From Octopus sinensis (taxonomy: Eukaryota): 64,000 nt of DNA. This document shows, piece after piece, positions 25,325 through 38,300 of the stretch. Within the stretch, counting starts at the first letter, position 1; each line of letters begins with the position of its first letter. The notes below the pieces were generated by a model. It had not been told where the DNA came from, searched no databases, and was given only the letters and a program-made list of their open reading frames with translations. The DNA is taken from positions 4,216,001 through 4,280,000 of the forward strand of contig NC_043013.1 of the NCBI RefSeq assembly GCF_006345805.1, in the 5' to 3' direction. Made by a program: the position numbers and the translations under genes.

Positions 25325-25435
25325 TTTCATCATTTCGGGGGTCGATAAATTAAGTACCAGTTGCGTACTTGGGTCGACCTAATCGAGTGCCCCCCTCCCA
25401 AAATTTTCGGGCCTTGTGCCTAGAGTAGAAAAGAA
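25325..25435 (+). mobile_element. 5'-truncated SINE family A (tail type 1)
   Basis: TTTCGGGGTCGATAAATTAAGTACC...CCCCTCCCAAAATTTTCGGGCCTTGTGCCTAGAGTAGAAAAG. Confidence 0.8.
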
Positions 25436-26520
25436 TATTCAATAGGACTATTTTGGCCGGATCACAGAAAATATTAAGACGAGTGGTATTTGAAAAAAAA
25501 AATCGTGGAGAGAAGAGGGTGGGGGCAATATTTTTGGTCAAGTGGGAGAAAAAAGTGTGCATGAAGAAAGCAAGAGAGAATGAGGGTGGGAATCGTAGCA
25601 GATACTACTAGCTTAAGGGGCGTATATTGTGTGCAGCGAGCGTGTTTATAGTATGAAGTAGTAGAGGTAGGTGTATGTTGGCATATGTACTTATAAGTTT
25701 ACAAGGAGGGGGTAGTAGGGGAGGCAAGTGAAATAAGAGAAAAAGTTTATAAATGGTAAGGAAAGATACAGAGAGAAGTATGTAAATGACAATAAGGATT
25801 TAAAGGGAAGATATATTGTTGGTTTTTATGTATAGTGGTAGTGAAGGTAAATAAAAAGGAAAATCTATGAAGGTTAGGGAGACAAAGAAGAGGAGTGAGG
25901 TTGTTGTTATTCGTATTTTGAGAATAGATTTAGTGATCGATGTTTGCAGGTAACAATTATACAGGTGCGTTCATTAAGACAATCGGTGGATTGCAAAATA
26001 GCTAAGACCTCGGCTATGCAAAGATAACACTTGTTATTATAACTACTGTATGGTTTGGCGTGGGTGACTATGGACAATTTGAGAGTGTAAGGAGTCGGAT
26101 CAATCTTTAGTTAATTGATAAGCTGAGATTTTGTTTGGGATTTGAAACTGGAGTAGTGGTTTCTCACGCTTAGCTTTGAAGGTGTGATCCGATATATATG
26201 TTGGCAGCTGATACGTACACTTTTAAACGATGTTTTTTGTGAGACAACGGTTATCTAAAGGACAAGGAGTTGGGCATCTGAAGCTGCATAGGTTTGTAGG
26301 GATATCCCGGATGAAATTTTGTGAGGGATTGTTATTTAGTGAACAACCGGTGTTAGGTTCGTTATTATTGCTTAGATTAGTCTTTGTTTGGGAGTTGAGG
26401 AAGTTGTGTGGATGTATAATAAAATAATTATCGTTCCCGGTGGTATCGTTTGTGTCGTTCTTTATTTTTAAGCTGATCCTATTTTGGAATCACTTTGAGG
26501 TAGACGAATCTGTGGAATAC
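25434..26520 (-). mobile_element. Penelope-like element remnant: GIY-YIG endonuclease and 3' region
   Basis: Minus-strand broken frames CPLDNRCLTKNIV, TYIGSH, HAKPYSSYNNKCYLCIAEVLAIL, LNERT..IVTCKHR (25940-26290) match the Penelope endonuclease C-terminus. Confidence 0.7.
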
Positions 26521-26624
26521 TCAACCATATTAGTATGCTAATTCAAATGGAAGATCCTTCGACTGATCGCAAAAATATACCCCAAAACACCGGGAAAGAA
26601 TATTATATATACTTATGTGTGTGT

Positions 26625-26656
<32 letters not shown>

Positions 26657-27317
26657 CCAAACACACATACACACATGCATACATATATCTACACACACAC
26701 ACACATGCACTCAAGTTAAAGGTATTTTTCTATTTTCCCACAAGTCATTTATGTGTATGTTATGGGAGAACCTTGAACACCACCACGCGACTGAAGATGC
26801 CCTAATCGATTACAGTAAATGAGAACAGAGTGAATTGTCACGGGGATAGTTGACGGTGTCACTTCGACTGTGTTGGTTTGACGTGTATCGGTTCAACAGT
26901 CGATAGTTGAACAGTGAATACTGAGTATCGTACCTACGTTCGAGAAGTAAGGGGTGCGTTTTGTGTTAACATATATTTCTTCAGACTTTCATTTTCTAGA
27001 TGAAGAAACTGGCAATTATACTTTTAATAGTCGCGTTTATATTAGTGAAACTCAGCGTTCATTGGAACGAGGTTGATGCAGATAATATACTCATCTTCTG
27101 ATCTAAAATTTTATCCGTTGTTCCTAAGTTTCTTTGACCATCCACTAACACTTTTTAGCGTGTTACAAAACTACTGTATTTCGTTTTTGGTGTGTCTATC
27201 TTTCTATGAATAAAGCTTACGTTAGTTATCGTGTTTTTCAACTTAGTGTTTTCTATCTGTTTCTGTTTTGCGTTCTGCGTTGTAATGTGTTGTAACGACA
27301 CCTTGAAAATGCATTGT

Positions 27318-27780
27318 CATCATCATCATCATCATTGTTCGACCGTGGTCGAGACAATGGAATTTACCATGCTACGCCAGACTACACGGTCCATCATGGC
27401 ATTACGGAAGTCCTGTTGCTGGATGCCTGTATCTCTGGAGATTACATCAGGGTAGGAGAGTGTGCGCCCTCTGGTATTGCGAGTAGATGGCTTCCAGAGG
27501 AGAAGAGTAGAAATTGCCTCGTTTTCAGCTCTACAACAATGTCCAGCAAACTGGACCCTCCTACCTTTCACAAAAGATGACACAGGTGGTAGTTTCCCAT
27601 ATATTTGCATTTTGGTTGGATGGCGCCTCCACGAGGGATTTTGAGCTCTCATAAGGAGGCGAGTGTAGGTTCCATCCAACCACCTCTCAAGCTTCTTTGA
27701 TAACGTCCAGGTTTCTGAGCCATATAGTAGAATTGGTTCGACTGTGAAAGTGTCGTACTTGCCTGACCAATGAACCTTTT
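27318..27780 (-). mobile_element. RTE-clade LINE 3' end with (ATG)n tail
   Basis: VEPILLYGSETWTLSKKLERWLDGTYTRLLMRAQNPSW...RRVQFAGHCCR...MDRVVWR, then a TGA/ATG repeat tail. Confidence 0.85.
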
Positions 27781-29262
27781 TTGGTCAAGTAGTTCCCTAT
27801 TTATTGTCTACATTGTAAATTGTATGCTCAGTGGTTTGGATGATTTTTGTTTCATATTGAGGCTAACCACTTCAAATGCATTAAGAGACTCTTTATGTGG
27901 TCGATTCCCCTGCAATCAAATTACATCTTAACATCTAAAAGTAATACGTACTGAATGATATAATTCTTGAGATTCAAAGCCTGAAAGCAGTCGGAAGACT
28001 CATTCTTTTGGAACACTTTTGATCAAATGGCTACTCATTCAGTAAAAGCCAGGGTTAAACCACATAAACAATTAGTTTCTGCAGAAGATTAATCATTAAT
28101 CGTTGATGAATATAGGAACTTTACTGATCTGAACTAAACAGAAAGGCTAATAAGAACAAACTGGAAGTCTTTAATGAAAAACATTAAACTGTAACACATC
28201 AATTTACTCTTTCACTAATTTCAGTCATTTGTCTGGCCTGACTGCACCCAGGCTTAAGACGTTTGCTTAGTAATGTCAATCTCCGATAAATGCGCCTAGG
28301 GAATTAATGGCGGAGTTGAATCAGACAGATTAGTCCAGCAACCAGGAACATAAGCACCACATTACATATTATATTCTAACATTTCCGTCAATTTCGTCAA
28401 TTTGCCGCTTGGACTGGTAATAGATCTTATTAATTCAGAAGGATGGAAGCCAAAGTTGATTTAGCTCAGAGGAAAAGCGAAGAGAAATGAAACAGAAGTC
28501 GTAAAGTGTTTTGCTGTGTGTTTCTTGTCTAAAACACACACATACATATACCTAGCCAGACATATGCACACGCATATATATACACATATGTGTATGAGTG
28601 TGTGAAAGACTACTTCAATTTGAACGACCCCCCCCCAGAAGTACTTAATGTGGACCATGGTGTCCAATAGCTATACCAGCACCAACATTTTCCTCCATGT
28701 ATCTTCCAGTAGTGATTGTTAATGTGTTTAAATACGGTAATTTTGGCATTTATGAATTATATAGCACAACAGATAAACTGTTGAATCAGTATTGCTTCAA
28801 AGCTAATTTGCTGTGTACTGACGATTGTGTTCTTGTTCACTAGCAACAAGATATTAAAAGGATATAGCACATCCGCAGGATCTGTGACTTCTAGAATTAC
28901 AAGAAACCCAGAGACGACTTCTCTAAGGGACCAGACTTAATGTAGTGGATTCTTTTCTGTATCTTGGCAACGGATTTCTAGGTTCCCAAATCAATTTGAG
29001 GATGAGAAGGCTTCAGTTGCGTTTGAAACTGGGGAAGAGGATTTTTTTAGAGAAAAGACTTCTTTTAAATTAGAGCTTTGTAGTTAAGGCTCATCGTAGA
29101 CATACTGTCAAACATGTTAAGGCATATGTCTGCTATGAGCAAATGGTTATGATCGAAATCTAGATGATGACATTCTTCTATGTATGTATGAATATGTGTG
29201 TATGAATATGTGTGTGTGTAGAGTGTTTAAAGTGGTGTAGATATTGTATATTGAAGAAAAGG

Positions 29263-29410
29263 AGGCAGTCAGAATTTTGGATATTTCGTTATTAGCACTT
29301 TCGTTAACCGAACACTTCAAGGCAAAAATTTTGGTTTTAATTTTTGTCTTGAAGATATCGATTAACGAACGAAAGCGCTAATAAAGAATTATCCCAAATT
29401 CTGACTGCCT
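29263..29410. repeat. Imperfect ~68-bp inverted repeat with decayed hammerhead-like arms
   Basis: AGGCAGTCAGAATTT...AAAAATT / AATTTTT...AAATTCTGACTGCCT; right arm contains TTGAAGA...GAAA-GCGC-TA. Confidence 0.7.
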
Positions 29411-29412
29411 AG

Positions 29413-29525
<113 letters not shown>

Positions 29526-29533
29526 CACACACT

Positions 29534-31100
29534 CTAGCAATGTATCTCGGCGTTGCCCGGGTGTTATGACCTACAGCCACATTGTATTATTTGTTTCTTT
29601 CTTATGAACAGAATCGGCACACGAGGAGTGTGAAGCAAACAATTCTTCTTTATAAATATGTTTTTCGGTCATTTTGTGATGAACATTGCTGAAATTGATG
29701 ACACCAAAAAAATTGCAGAAATTGCAGCTTAGATTAGAAGGAAATCCTAATATTGCCCCCAGATTTACCTAGACTTACGGATTTAAAGAATCGGATGAGG
29801 TATGAGGACGTAGAGGTTTCCGCATTGCAGAAAGCAAGGTACATGGAAAGACAGCTGCTTCATTGTGAAAAGCATAATCTCTAATGTTTGAGCAGACTGC
29901 ACACTTCAATATATGTTAAGTGAAACCGACATTTCTTCTGGGTAAACTATGTTTTGCGTAAGCCTAGTAGTGATAGAATAGATATACAAGTCATCTGCAC
30001 TGCTAACATGAGAGCATGCGGTATATAGTTGTCCATGAGAAAAGCAGGGTATTTGTAAATTGAGACCCGCAATTTGTAAAGTTTGACTCTGGGCTTTATT
30101 GATTGTCATAGCGAATCATAATCGCACTGGGAACTGGAGGCGCTTGAATTGAAATGACACATTTTGGGAATTAAGGGGCATGTGAGGAATGTATGGGATC
30201 CCTCCTCGATGACAGCCGGCAATAATGGTTGCTTGTAGGACATGACTTGTGATTGTAGTTACAGTCAATCTTGTACCATTGCATAGTCGTGGTAGGTCGA
30301 AATTCCTCAAAAGCATGATAGATGCACCTTTCTTTAGGAAAAAACTAATGCGATGGTGCTCCTGCTGGTTGTAGAGAGTTGAGAAATTCAACTGGATAGT
30401 CAACAGTGGCATGTTCATCGATGGTAGTGTCATCAATGGTGACAAACTTTGAAACATCTAAATGTAGAATGTGGAGGAGTTCATAGATAACGTTATCAAT
30501 GCTTTCATTCCGAGGTGCTATAACAGCTCTCTCTGCGAATCATGCTGTTTTTGAAGTTATCTTGCAATGAGGCAAATACCCTTTCTTTAAGTTCGGCCAA
30601 TGTAGACACCGTGTGTTCACGTTGCAGTACATGCTGTTCCAGGGTGTTATTCAACGGTAAAGCGCCATTTCCAATTAGTAGAAGTTGATGAAAGAATTCC
30701 TCAGCTAAGGGGTCGTTGTAGAGATGAGCTCGCATATTGTTGCTTAATGAAAGCTAACGAACAAACCTCGTCGCCAGCTCGCGTATCCCGTGGTATGACT
30801 GGTAATATTTGACGGAAATCCCCTGCGAGGACAACAGTTAAGCCCCCACCCCCACCCATAACGGCAGTACTGTTTCTAATATCTCTTAGGGGCTTCTAGT
30901 GCACCACGGTGTGCCATCGTGCATTTATCCCAGGCAATAAGAGTAGTTTAGAGAAGAACTTTCGCCGTCGGTGATCGTTTTCAAATATTACACATTTGGG
31001 CATCGCTGAAGTGAGTTTTCGTGGGCACGAATAGAGGCAGTTTTCTTTGTGGCCCTTGTTTGTGGAGATAAATGAGAATGTCCTCGTTTTGGTGGCATGG
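29534..31100 (-). mobile_element. Internally deleted Helitron (PIF1-like helicase pseudogene with intact 3' terminus)
   Basis: LIAWDKCTMAH, VVLAGDFRQILPVIP, MRAHL, KKGASIMLLRNFDLPRLCNGTRL, FKRLQFPVRL, MTINKAQSQTL..GL.L...CFSHGQLY; 3' hairpin CCCGGGCAACGCCGAG then CTAG at 29534-29537. Confidence 0.9.
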
Positions 31101-32122
31101 CTGAAAAGAGCGAACGATTAAGGAACATATAAGACGGAAGGCATAACAATTTGAAGTTGTGCATTGTATAATTTCATTTTTTAGTAACAAATGAAAAGAC
31201 GTGAAAACAATTCATGTCAATTTGTATACCGTTATTATGAGAAGCGGTAAACTGTGAATGCTTTGGCTATGTTCCGTTTTGATAAGCGTAATGCATTCTG
31301 TTAGCTGATATAGAGTGGAGTGGATTACTGGCGAAATGGAAGTCATTGCTTGTCCAGAAGTAAAGGTGGAGTGTCAAATTTGCATGAAAGTGATTCATGT
31401 TCCCCCTCTCTTTGTGCCGCTTTCTTTCATCTTTCACCTTCCTCTATAGAACATACAGTATCAGTTTTGTGCTGGCTTTCTTTCACTTTCAACTATAGAA
31501 CATGCATAGGGTATGAAACATCAGCGTCTGTCTCTCACCTGCTATGCATCTTTCAACTTCTCCTACAGAAGCTTGTTTTGTGTCTCTGTTTCTTCCTCTT
31601 GTCTGTCTTTTTTTCCATACTGCGTTTCACTCTGTCATTCCATAAAAATAAGATGTACGTACGTGTATATTACAACACCAGTTTCGTTGTTACGTACAAT
31701 GTTCGCAACTCGTCAGTGTGATCGTCATTGCAAAATATAATTTGCAGAACTATACAAAGGACGTCCGCATGAGATTAAACATGTATAAAGTTCTACCAAT
31801 TACATTTGGGATTATATATCAAAAGTCTTCGTTTTGGCGCGCCAGAATACCGGAAATAATTCTGCAGAAAATGATTCTCTGCAGTGAATTTTGCCGGTTA
31901 GAGAACATAGTTATTTAAATTTAAATTTAAAATAAGGGTTTAAATTGACTTTTCAGCCTTATTATTTGTTGTTGAACGTTGGGAAGTTGTAAGCAACATG
32001 AGGTGAATACATTATTGATTAATTAGTTGTTATATTTTATTAAACCTTTAAAAAATTAAAATTTTTTAAAACGGCGGGAAATTAGATGCCAACCAAATAT
32101 ACATACATACATAAATACATAA

Positions 32123-32198
<76 letters not shown>

Positions 32199-32479
32199 TT
32201 AGAGATAAACCACAATTAGGCAAATCAAACAGTGAAAATCATAAGCCAATACATAGAAATAAAATTAATTAAAAAAATATGAAATATAAAATATAAAAAA
32301 TATAAAATTCCAAATTAAAATGTTTAAATTAAAGTAAAAATTAAAAAATTATTTAAATAATTTTAACTTATAAATTTAAACTTAGATAAACTTAGATATA
32401 TTTCGACCAAAGATTGGTCCAGGCCATGTCTAACTTAATACCACCACCTAATAGGATTATCTAAATTCTGTTTAAATCA

Positions 32480-33150
32480 AGTTTTGTTTATGGTCCATTC
32501 AAGTAGTGGGTTCTTGTTGAGTTATATCCAGGTATGGGTGGCTTATCTGGTATTCCTTGAAGGAATCTATCCAGACTCCGTTTAAAGTTGATGGGATCCT
32601 TTTCCTCTTTGATGTCTTTCGGGACAATTTTAAACAGGGCAAGGCCTGTTGAGGAAATGAAATTATGTTGTAGTGTACATGTATGCTGTGATCCTGAATT
32701 GGGCAGGGAACGTAGGGCCGTGGTTCCAGCCTTGGATGAACATTGAAGCTAATGTTCAGGTCGTTTGGGTAATGCTGGCGGTATATTCTCCACATCGTAC
32801 AAATGATGTACCGCTCGCAGTGGCGCTGTAGAGAGTAGAGTTTCAAGGCTTTAAGGCGGTCCCAATAATCAAGATCAGTCATGCCTTCAATTCGTTTAGT
32901 GAGTGCCCTCTGGGGTGATTCAATCCTAGAGATGTTTTGTTTTGTATGGGGAGACCACAAGGGGCAGCAGTATTGGAGGTGTGGCCGTACAAAGGAGGAG
33001 AAAAACGGTTCTATGCTTATTTGCATAAGAATAGAACACTTTTGGGTTCTGTTTGATGTTTTTGATTATGGTTTGCAACTGGTTAGGTCTGCACACATCG
33101 CACACTTAACTCTTCAATCGCTACAGCATGACGAATGGACTAACTATAAA
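32480..33150 (-). mobile_element. CR1-group LINE remnant with the RT domain deleted
   Basis: IKNIKQNPKVFYSYANKHR joined to SFVRPHLQYCCPLWSPHTKQNISRIESPQR...LKALKLYSLQR...FKRSLDRFLQGIPDKP. Confidence 0.8.
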
Positions 33151-34605
33151 GTGATAAGCGTTTGTACAACACGCGTACCAACTTCTGAGTTTTCAGGATT
33201 AGTACCTCGTGACGAAGTCGAAGCCAGATGACCAATAATGACGTGAAACTGTGGGCCATACTTCGGAGAGTCCCTCTCCAAAGAGGATACTGTGACTGAA
33301 TGATTGTAGGTGTGTATGAGTCAACTGACTGAAGTGGAAATCAAGGGATGTTTTTGAAACTCTAGTAACAACATGCTTGGAAATATTTTATACGTAGATA
33401 TATTTTTTCATGTTGGTAAAACTCGGATTTATTTTGAGTAATTTCCAATTTGCTGTCTGCGATTCTGTGGCAAGAAGTTAGGTGATTGTTGCAGAAAGGC
33501 CTGGATATAGAAGATAGGCGATATTTTAGATTCCGTAGATCAGTTGGTGATTGAAAATGAACTGTGATCATGGTAATTTGTGCTTCGGAGGATTGGGCAA
33601 GTAGGTTTCTTTACGTGCTTGAAATCATTTATGGGGAGTGGAATAGGTTTGCCAAGCACTGAAAGTAATAAAAGTAAGCTATTTAAGAGGGGAAACTCTA
33701 GAAGAGTGTTTCTAAACGTGTTATGAAAGACACATATACAGAATATCTCCTGAAAAATATTGGGGGATACTTACTTGGATATGAAAGAAGTTTGAATTAG
33801 GTTATCTGGAAAGAGAACGGAAGAAAAAAACTCGAGTATGTTATGATGGTAAGATAAGATCATTGCAACTGAATCCGTTTGTATCTTTTTCCTGTCTTTC
33901 ATCAATTTATTCATTAATTCCGACTCCCATTTTCCTTTCTTTTAATTCTTCCAAACTTTTTATCAATATTTACACTTTTTTCTATAACATTTTCTTCTTT
34001 CCTTCTTTCAATTTGAGCTTCTCTGCATCCTTCAATTAAACTTTTTTTCTTCTTTTTCATTATTTTTTTTCTTTAATTCCTTTCTCCTTGCCTTCCTTTC
34101 CCGCCTTTCCACTCATTCTTCTTCAATTTCGTTTCTTCCTTTTCTTTCTCTTCAAATATTTGTTTCGCTTATTCTTTATTTTCTTTTATTTCTATTATGT
34201 TTTCTTATTTTTCATTCTTTATTTGTTTATTTGTTTTTCTTTGTATTTTGCTTGTTTGTTTGTTTCTGTATTCCCCCCCCCTCTCTCTCTCTCTCATATT
34301 CAACGTATCAAATTATGTTGCAATACCTTTGAGGCTCAGTTTTCAAGCCCTCTTGAGATATTGTTTTTACCTATTGAATGCTCGTCTGTCGCTATATATG
34401 GTTATGGAAGGATTTCAGGTTAATCAAAGACTTACTCTAGGGTAGATATGGTATCTATTTATAGAGTTTTGCAAAGATGATAGTTTTAAATAAATTTAGA
34501 GAAAAGTTTCTCCGAAGTAGTTCGTATCCCGTTGTAGGCCGAGATGCGCCTTGAACAAGACAACTGACACTAATTCTTAACGTTTCATATGTGTAAGATA
34601 TACCT

Positions 34606-34837
34606 ATTTCTTTACTACCCACAAGGGGCTAAACACAGAGAGGACAAACAAGGACAGACAAACGGATTAAATTGATTACATCGACCCCAGTGCGTTACTG
34701 GTACTTAATCTATCAACCCCGAAAGGATGAAAGGCAAAGTCGACCTCGGCGGAATTTGAACTCAGAACGTAACGGCAGACGAAATACCGCTAAGCATTTT
34801 CGCCCGGCATGCTAACGTTTCTGCCAGCTCGCCGCCT
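34606..34837 (-). mobile_element. SINE family A, full length, tail type 2, probable 9-bp TSD
   Basis: Full match; GATATACCT at 34597-34605 and 34841-34849. Confidence 0.9.
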
Positions 34838-35001
34838 TATGATATACCTTCAGTGCGCATGCGCAGAAGAGCTTTGACGTATAAGGATTTCTTTATAAAA
34901 ATCCTAATCTCTTCAATACATGTTCCTCCTCTGTTTGTGATACAGGATGTACTGTTTCATTTGCTGGGATACAGTGCGATTACCCATTAAGGTCTCATTG
35001 T

Positions 35002-35390
35002 GGAGGCACAATGGCCCAGTGGAGGCGCAATGGCCCAGTAGTTAGGGTAGTGGACTCGCGGTCGTAGTATCGCGGTTTCGATTCTCAGACCGGGCGTTGT
35101 GAGTGTTTATTGAGCGAAAACACCTAAATCTCCACTAGGCTTTGACGGGGGGTGGTAGCGAACCCTACTCTACTTTTTCACCACAACTTTCTTTCACTCT
35201 TTCTTTCTGTTTCTGTTGTAACTCTTTTTCAAAGGCCAGTCTTGTTACACTCTGTGTCACGCTGAATCGCCCAGAGAACTACGTTAAGGGTACACGTATC
35301 TGTGGAGTGCTCAGCCACTTGCACGTTAATTTCACGAGCAAACTATTCCGTTGATCGGATCAACTGGAACCCTCGTCATCGTAACCGAGT
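35002..35390 (+). mobile_element. tRNA-derived SINE family E with duplicated head
   Basis: A-box-like TGGCCCAGTAGTTAGG, B-box-like GGTTTCGATTCTC; 19-bp head duplication at 35002-35039. Confidence 0.7.
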
Positions 35391-38300
35391 GTTTCGCTAT
35401 GATTGGTATGGCTGATCTCATAGTTGTTGACAGTAAATAGTAATATTTGTATGGATATGTGAAAACGCTACTTCGTTGCCTGCCGGATATAAGCGCTTTG
35501 GATCTTATCTTGTAATTTCCAGTCAGCATTGTTGCTCTATGAAAGACAATGACCGGATAATTTATGATAATTTATAGGTGAAACTATTGCTAGTGTGTTA
35601 TGATTAGAATGAAATCACGCAAAATAAAGACAAGTATTTCACTGATAAACTATGTCTGTCAGAGAAGTCATCCTCAACTGCAAATGTGATTATAAATTAC
35701 ATCTCTTCCGGATGTATGCCGTAAGAGCGCAGCCCATCACCATAGGACTTTTCCCTGGAAATATTTGCAGTTGTTGAAAGCCTCTTGTATTTAAAATCAT
35801 CATCGCTGCAAAACTCTGTAGATTTCCATAGCTATGATCAATTGATTACGCCAGAAAATTAGATATTGTTTTAAGAGTGCACCTTAGAAAGGTTGACAGA
35901 AATTTTAGTACTTGGCAAGTAGAAGCTGAAATACCAAGGTACTGAAATGACTGCATGTGGTCCATTATTGGACATATGACTTGAATGCCTATCTTACTTT
36001 TAAGATATTCGTTAATATTGAATAAAGTTTAACCAGAATATTGGAATAACACCTGTGTATTTTAGGCAACTTCTACACATCATTCAACGACTATTCAACA
36101 CCTAGAGGCTCAACACAGAACAGTTTCACCTCGTTTGGTTTGAGAAATCCGAAGTCAAGAATTATTTTTCGAGAACTGTGTAGGAAAATACTGATTGATT
36201 AGGGTTTCAAAATACATATCATACACAGCTTATTATACAAATCCTACAGACAAGTGTTTATGTTCGAGGCTACTGCCTAATATTTCTGCTGTAAGATTCT
36301 AGATGCAAGATTGTTTTCATGTGTACCTTTTACATTCATCTCGTAATAAGTTCATATTTTCAAGTCAGTTTTGGTCTTTTCTAAGTTTGTCACCAATAAA
36401 GTGACTCATAGATCACTGAGCTAATTGAGGTCAGTTTTTCTAATCTAGTGAGTCTTTCGGACGTAAAAGAGGCTCATTCGCAATTATTTTGCTTTCACTA
36501 ACACAGACACTCTCGAAAAATCATTTATGGCAGATTTATCAAAACAAAGTGAAACTGCTTTTTACTGAGCCTTTAGTTGTTGAACACATTTGTGGCCTTG
36601 GTAATTTACATAATTTTCTCAATGATGAGAAATTACTCAGAGTGGCTAGAGGAATATATTCAAATAACGTACACAACCAATGGTATATCAAATACCGTAC
36701 AACGTAAATTCTTGATTCATAAAAATTATCTTCATACCTAGAGGATGTGACATAATTACGAAACGGCAATTAAAGGCCAACCCCATTTGAAAATTCTCTG
36801 GAGAAAGATGGGCTTTACCCATACATTACTACCATAATAGTGTAATGGCCTATCATGGTGAGATTTTAGCAAATAAGTAGATTGGATATGAGGTTCAGTG
36901 GAACACCTTTCATGTTCACCATACTTAAAGTATGGAGATACTTATAAGATGAACTTTACGGTACAAAATTGAAAACAATCGACGAACTGAAAACAGACAT
37001 TGAACGAAAATGCAGACAAATACCCAACGAAATGTTTCACGATGTTTGCGATTCCATTGCTTTGAGTAATCGGTAGCATCTGCACCAGAACTGTCATTAG
37101 TTTGAAAACAGGCTTCATAAAAAATCTGAATTCCGCCTGTAGATTCTATTAAATTTTTGAAATAAAATATATTATAATAAACTATAACTTTATAATCATT
37201 TAATGAGTGTATATATTTTTGAGACAACTACTTTCACCTCTGTCTACTGAGCCAGAAACATGTGTCTACGACTCTTCTCTCATCCCAGACAATAAACTTG
37301 TCCTTTTCCTTTGAAGAATTCTTTAATTTAGAGATACTCTCTCCTTCTCAAGTGTGGCTAGTCTTAATTACCTAATGGTAATTATGACACATCCTGTTTA
37401 GGCAGATATAATTTTGATAAGTTTTCTTGTACGGTGTTTGTCTGTATATTTATGAGTGTTTGAGTAAATGTGTGTGCGCACGCATGTGTATGTGACTGTC
37501 CCACAATTTCTTGATTTCTTCATCTACAGTGCCATTTGTCTTTGTCTTTATTTGCTTTTTATATGATGCTTAAGTGGCATATATTGATATCCAATTGACA
37601 AAGATGACGACGTTGACGACGAAAGCCAAGAGAAGGGGGATAGCACAAAAGTGTTAATTCGGAAGGTGTTACTGTCCCCAGTTTTTGCGGTATCACTCGG
37701 TAACACAAACAAGATCAAACATCATCACGTCAGCCGTTGATTTTCACCTCCATCTAAACAACGCACACCTTCATCACCTTTACTGTTTCCGCTTCATCGC
37801 CTTCTTATTATTAGTCACTTATTCTGTTTTAATCATCACCATGATAATGCTGGTGATCATCGTCGACCCTTTTCTTGGCTCTCTTGTCGCCCTTCACGTT
37901 TCCATCTTTTTTCCCCTTTTTTTTCCTCGTCTCTCTTCTTCTCATTCTCCACGATTGCTTTGCAACATCTTCTTCTTCTTTTCCACTCTTCCGTATCCCC
38001 TTCCAACTCCTCTTTAACCTCCCTCTTCACAAATAATCACATTGTACAGGACAGTTGTAAAATACAGGTGTGTTATTAAAATTAAATGACTATCATTACT
38101 GTAAAAATATTAACGACACCATAGCAACACATGTACTACAGATTCTGATAGCACAACCGTTGTTGTTGTCGTCGTTGTTATTGTTATTGTTATTGTCGTT
38201 GTTGTCACCGTTGTTCTACTGATGGCAATGATGATGATATTAGAAGATTGAAGTATGATGGTAGTCGAGGGAGGGTTATTTGAGGCACCACAAGGCGGTG

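Noticed and set aside
32400-32430. Half hammerhead on the minus strand (GACCA/TGGTC stem, GAAA, ATATAT)
   Set aside because: The CUGANGA core is absent.
35705-35830. Minus-strand open frame FCSDDDFKYKRLSTTANISREKSYGDGLRSYGIHPEE with possible AG/GT ends
   Set aside because: Weak polypyrimidine tract, mediocre donor, no recognised homology; expected by chance.
36500-37240. Possible mariner transposase traces (NLHNFLNDEK; WNMKGV)
   Set aside because: Motifs too short and on inconsistent strands; no TIR found.
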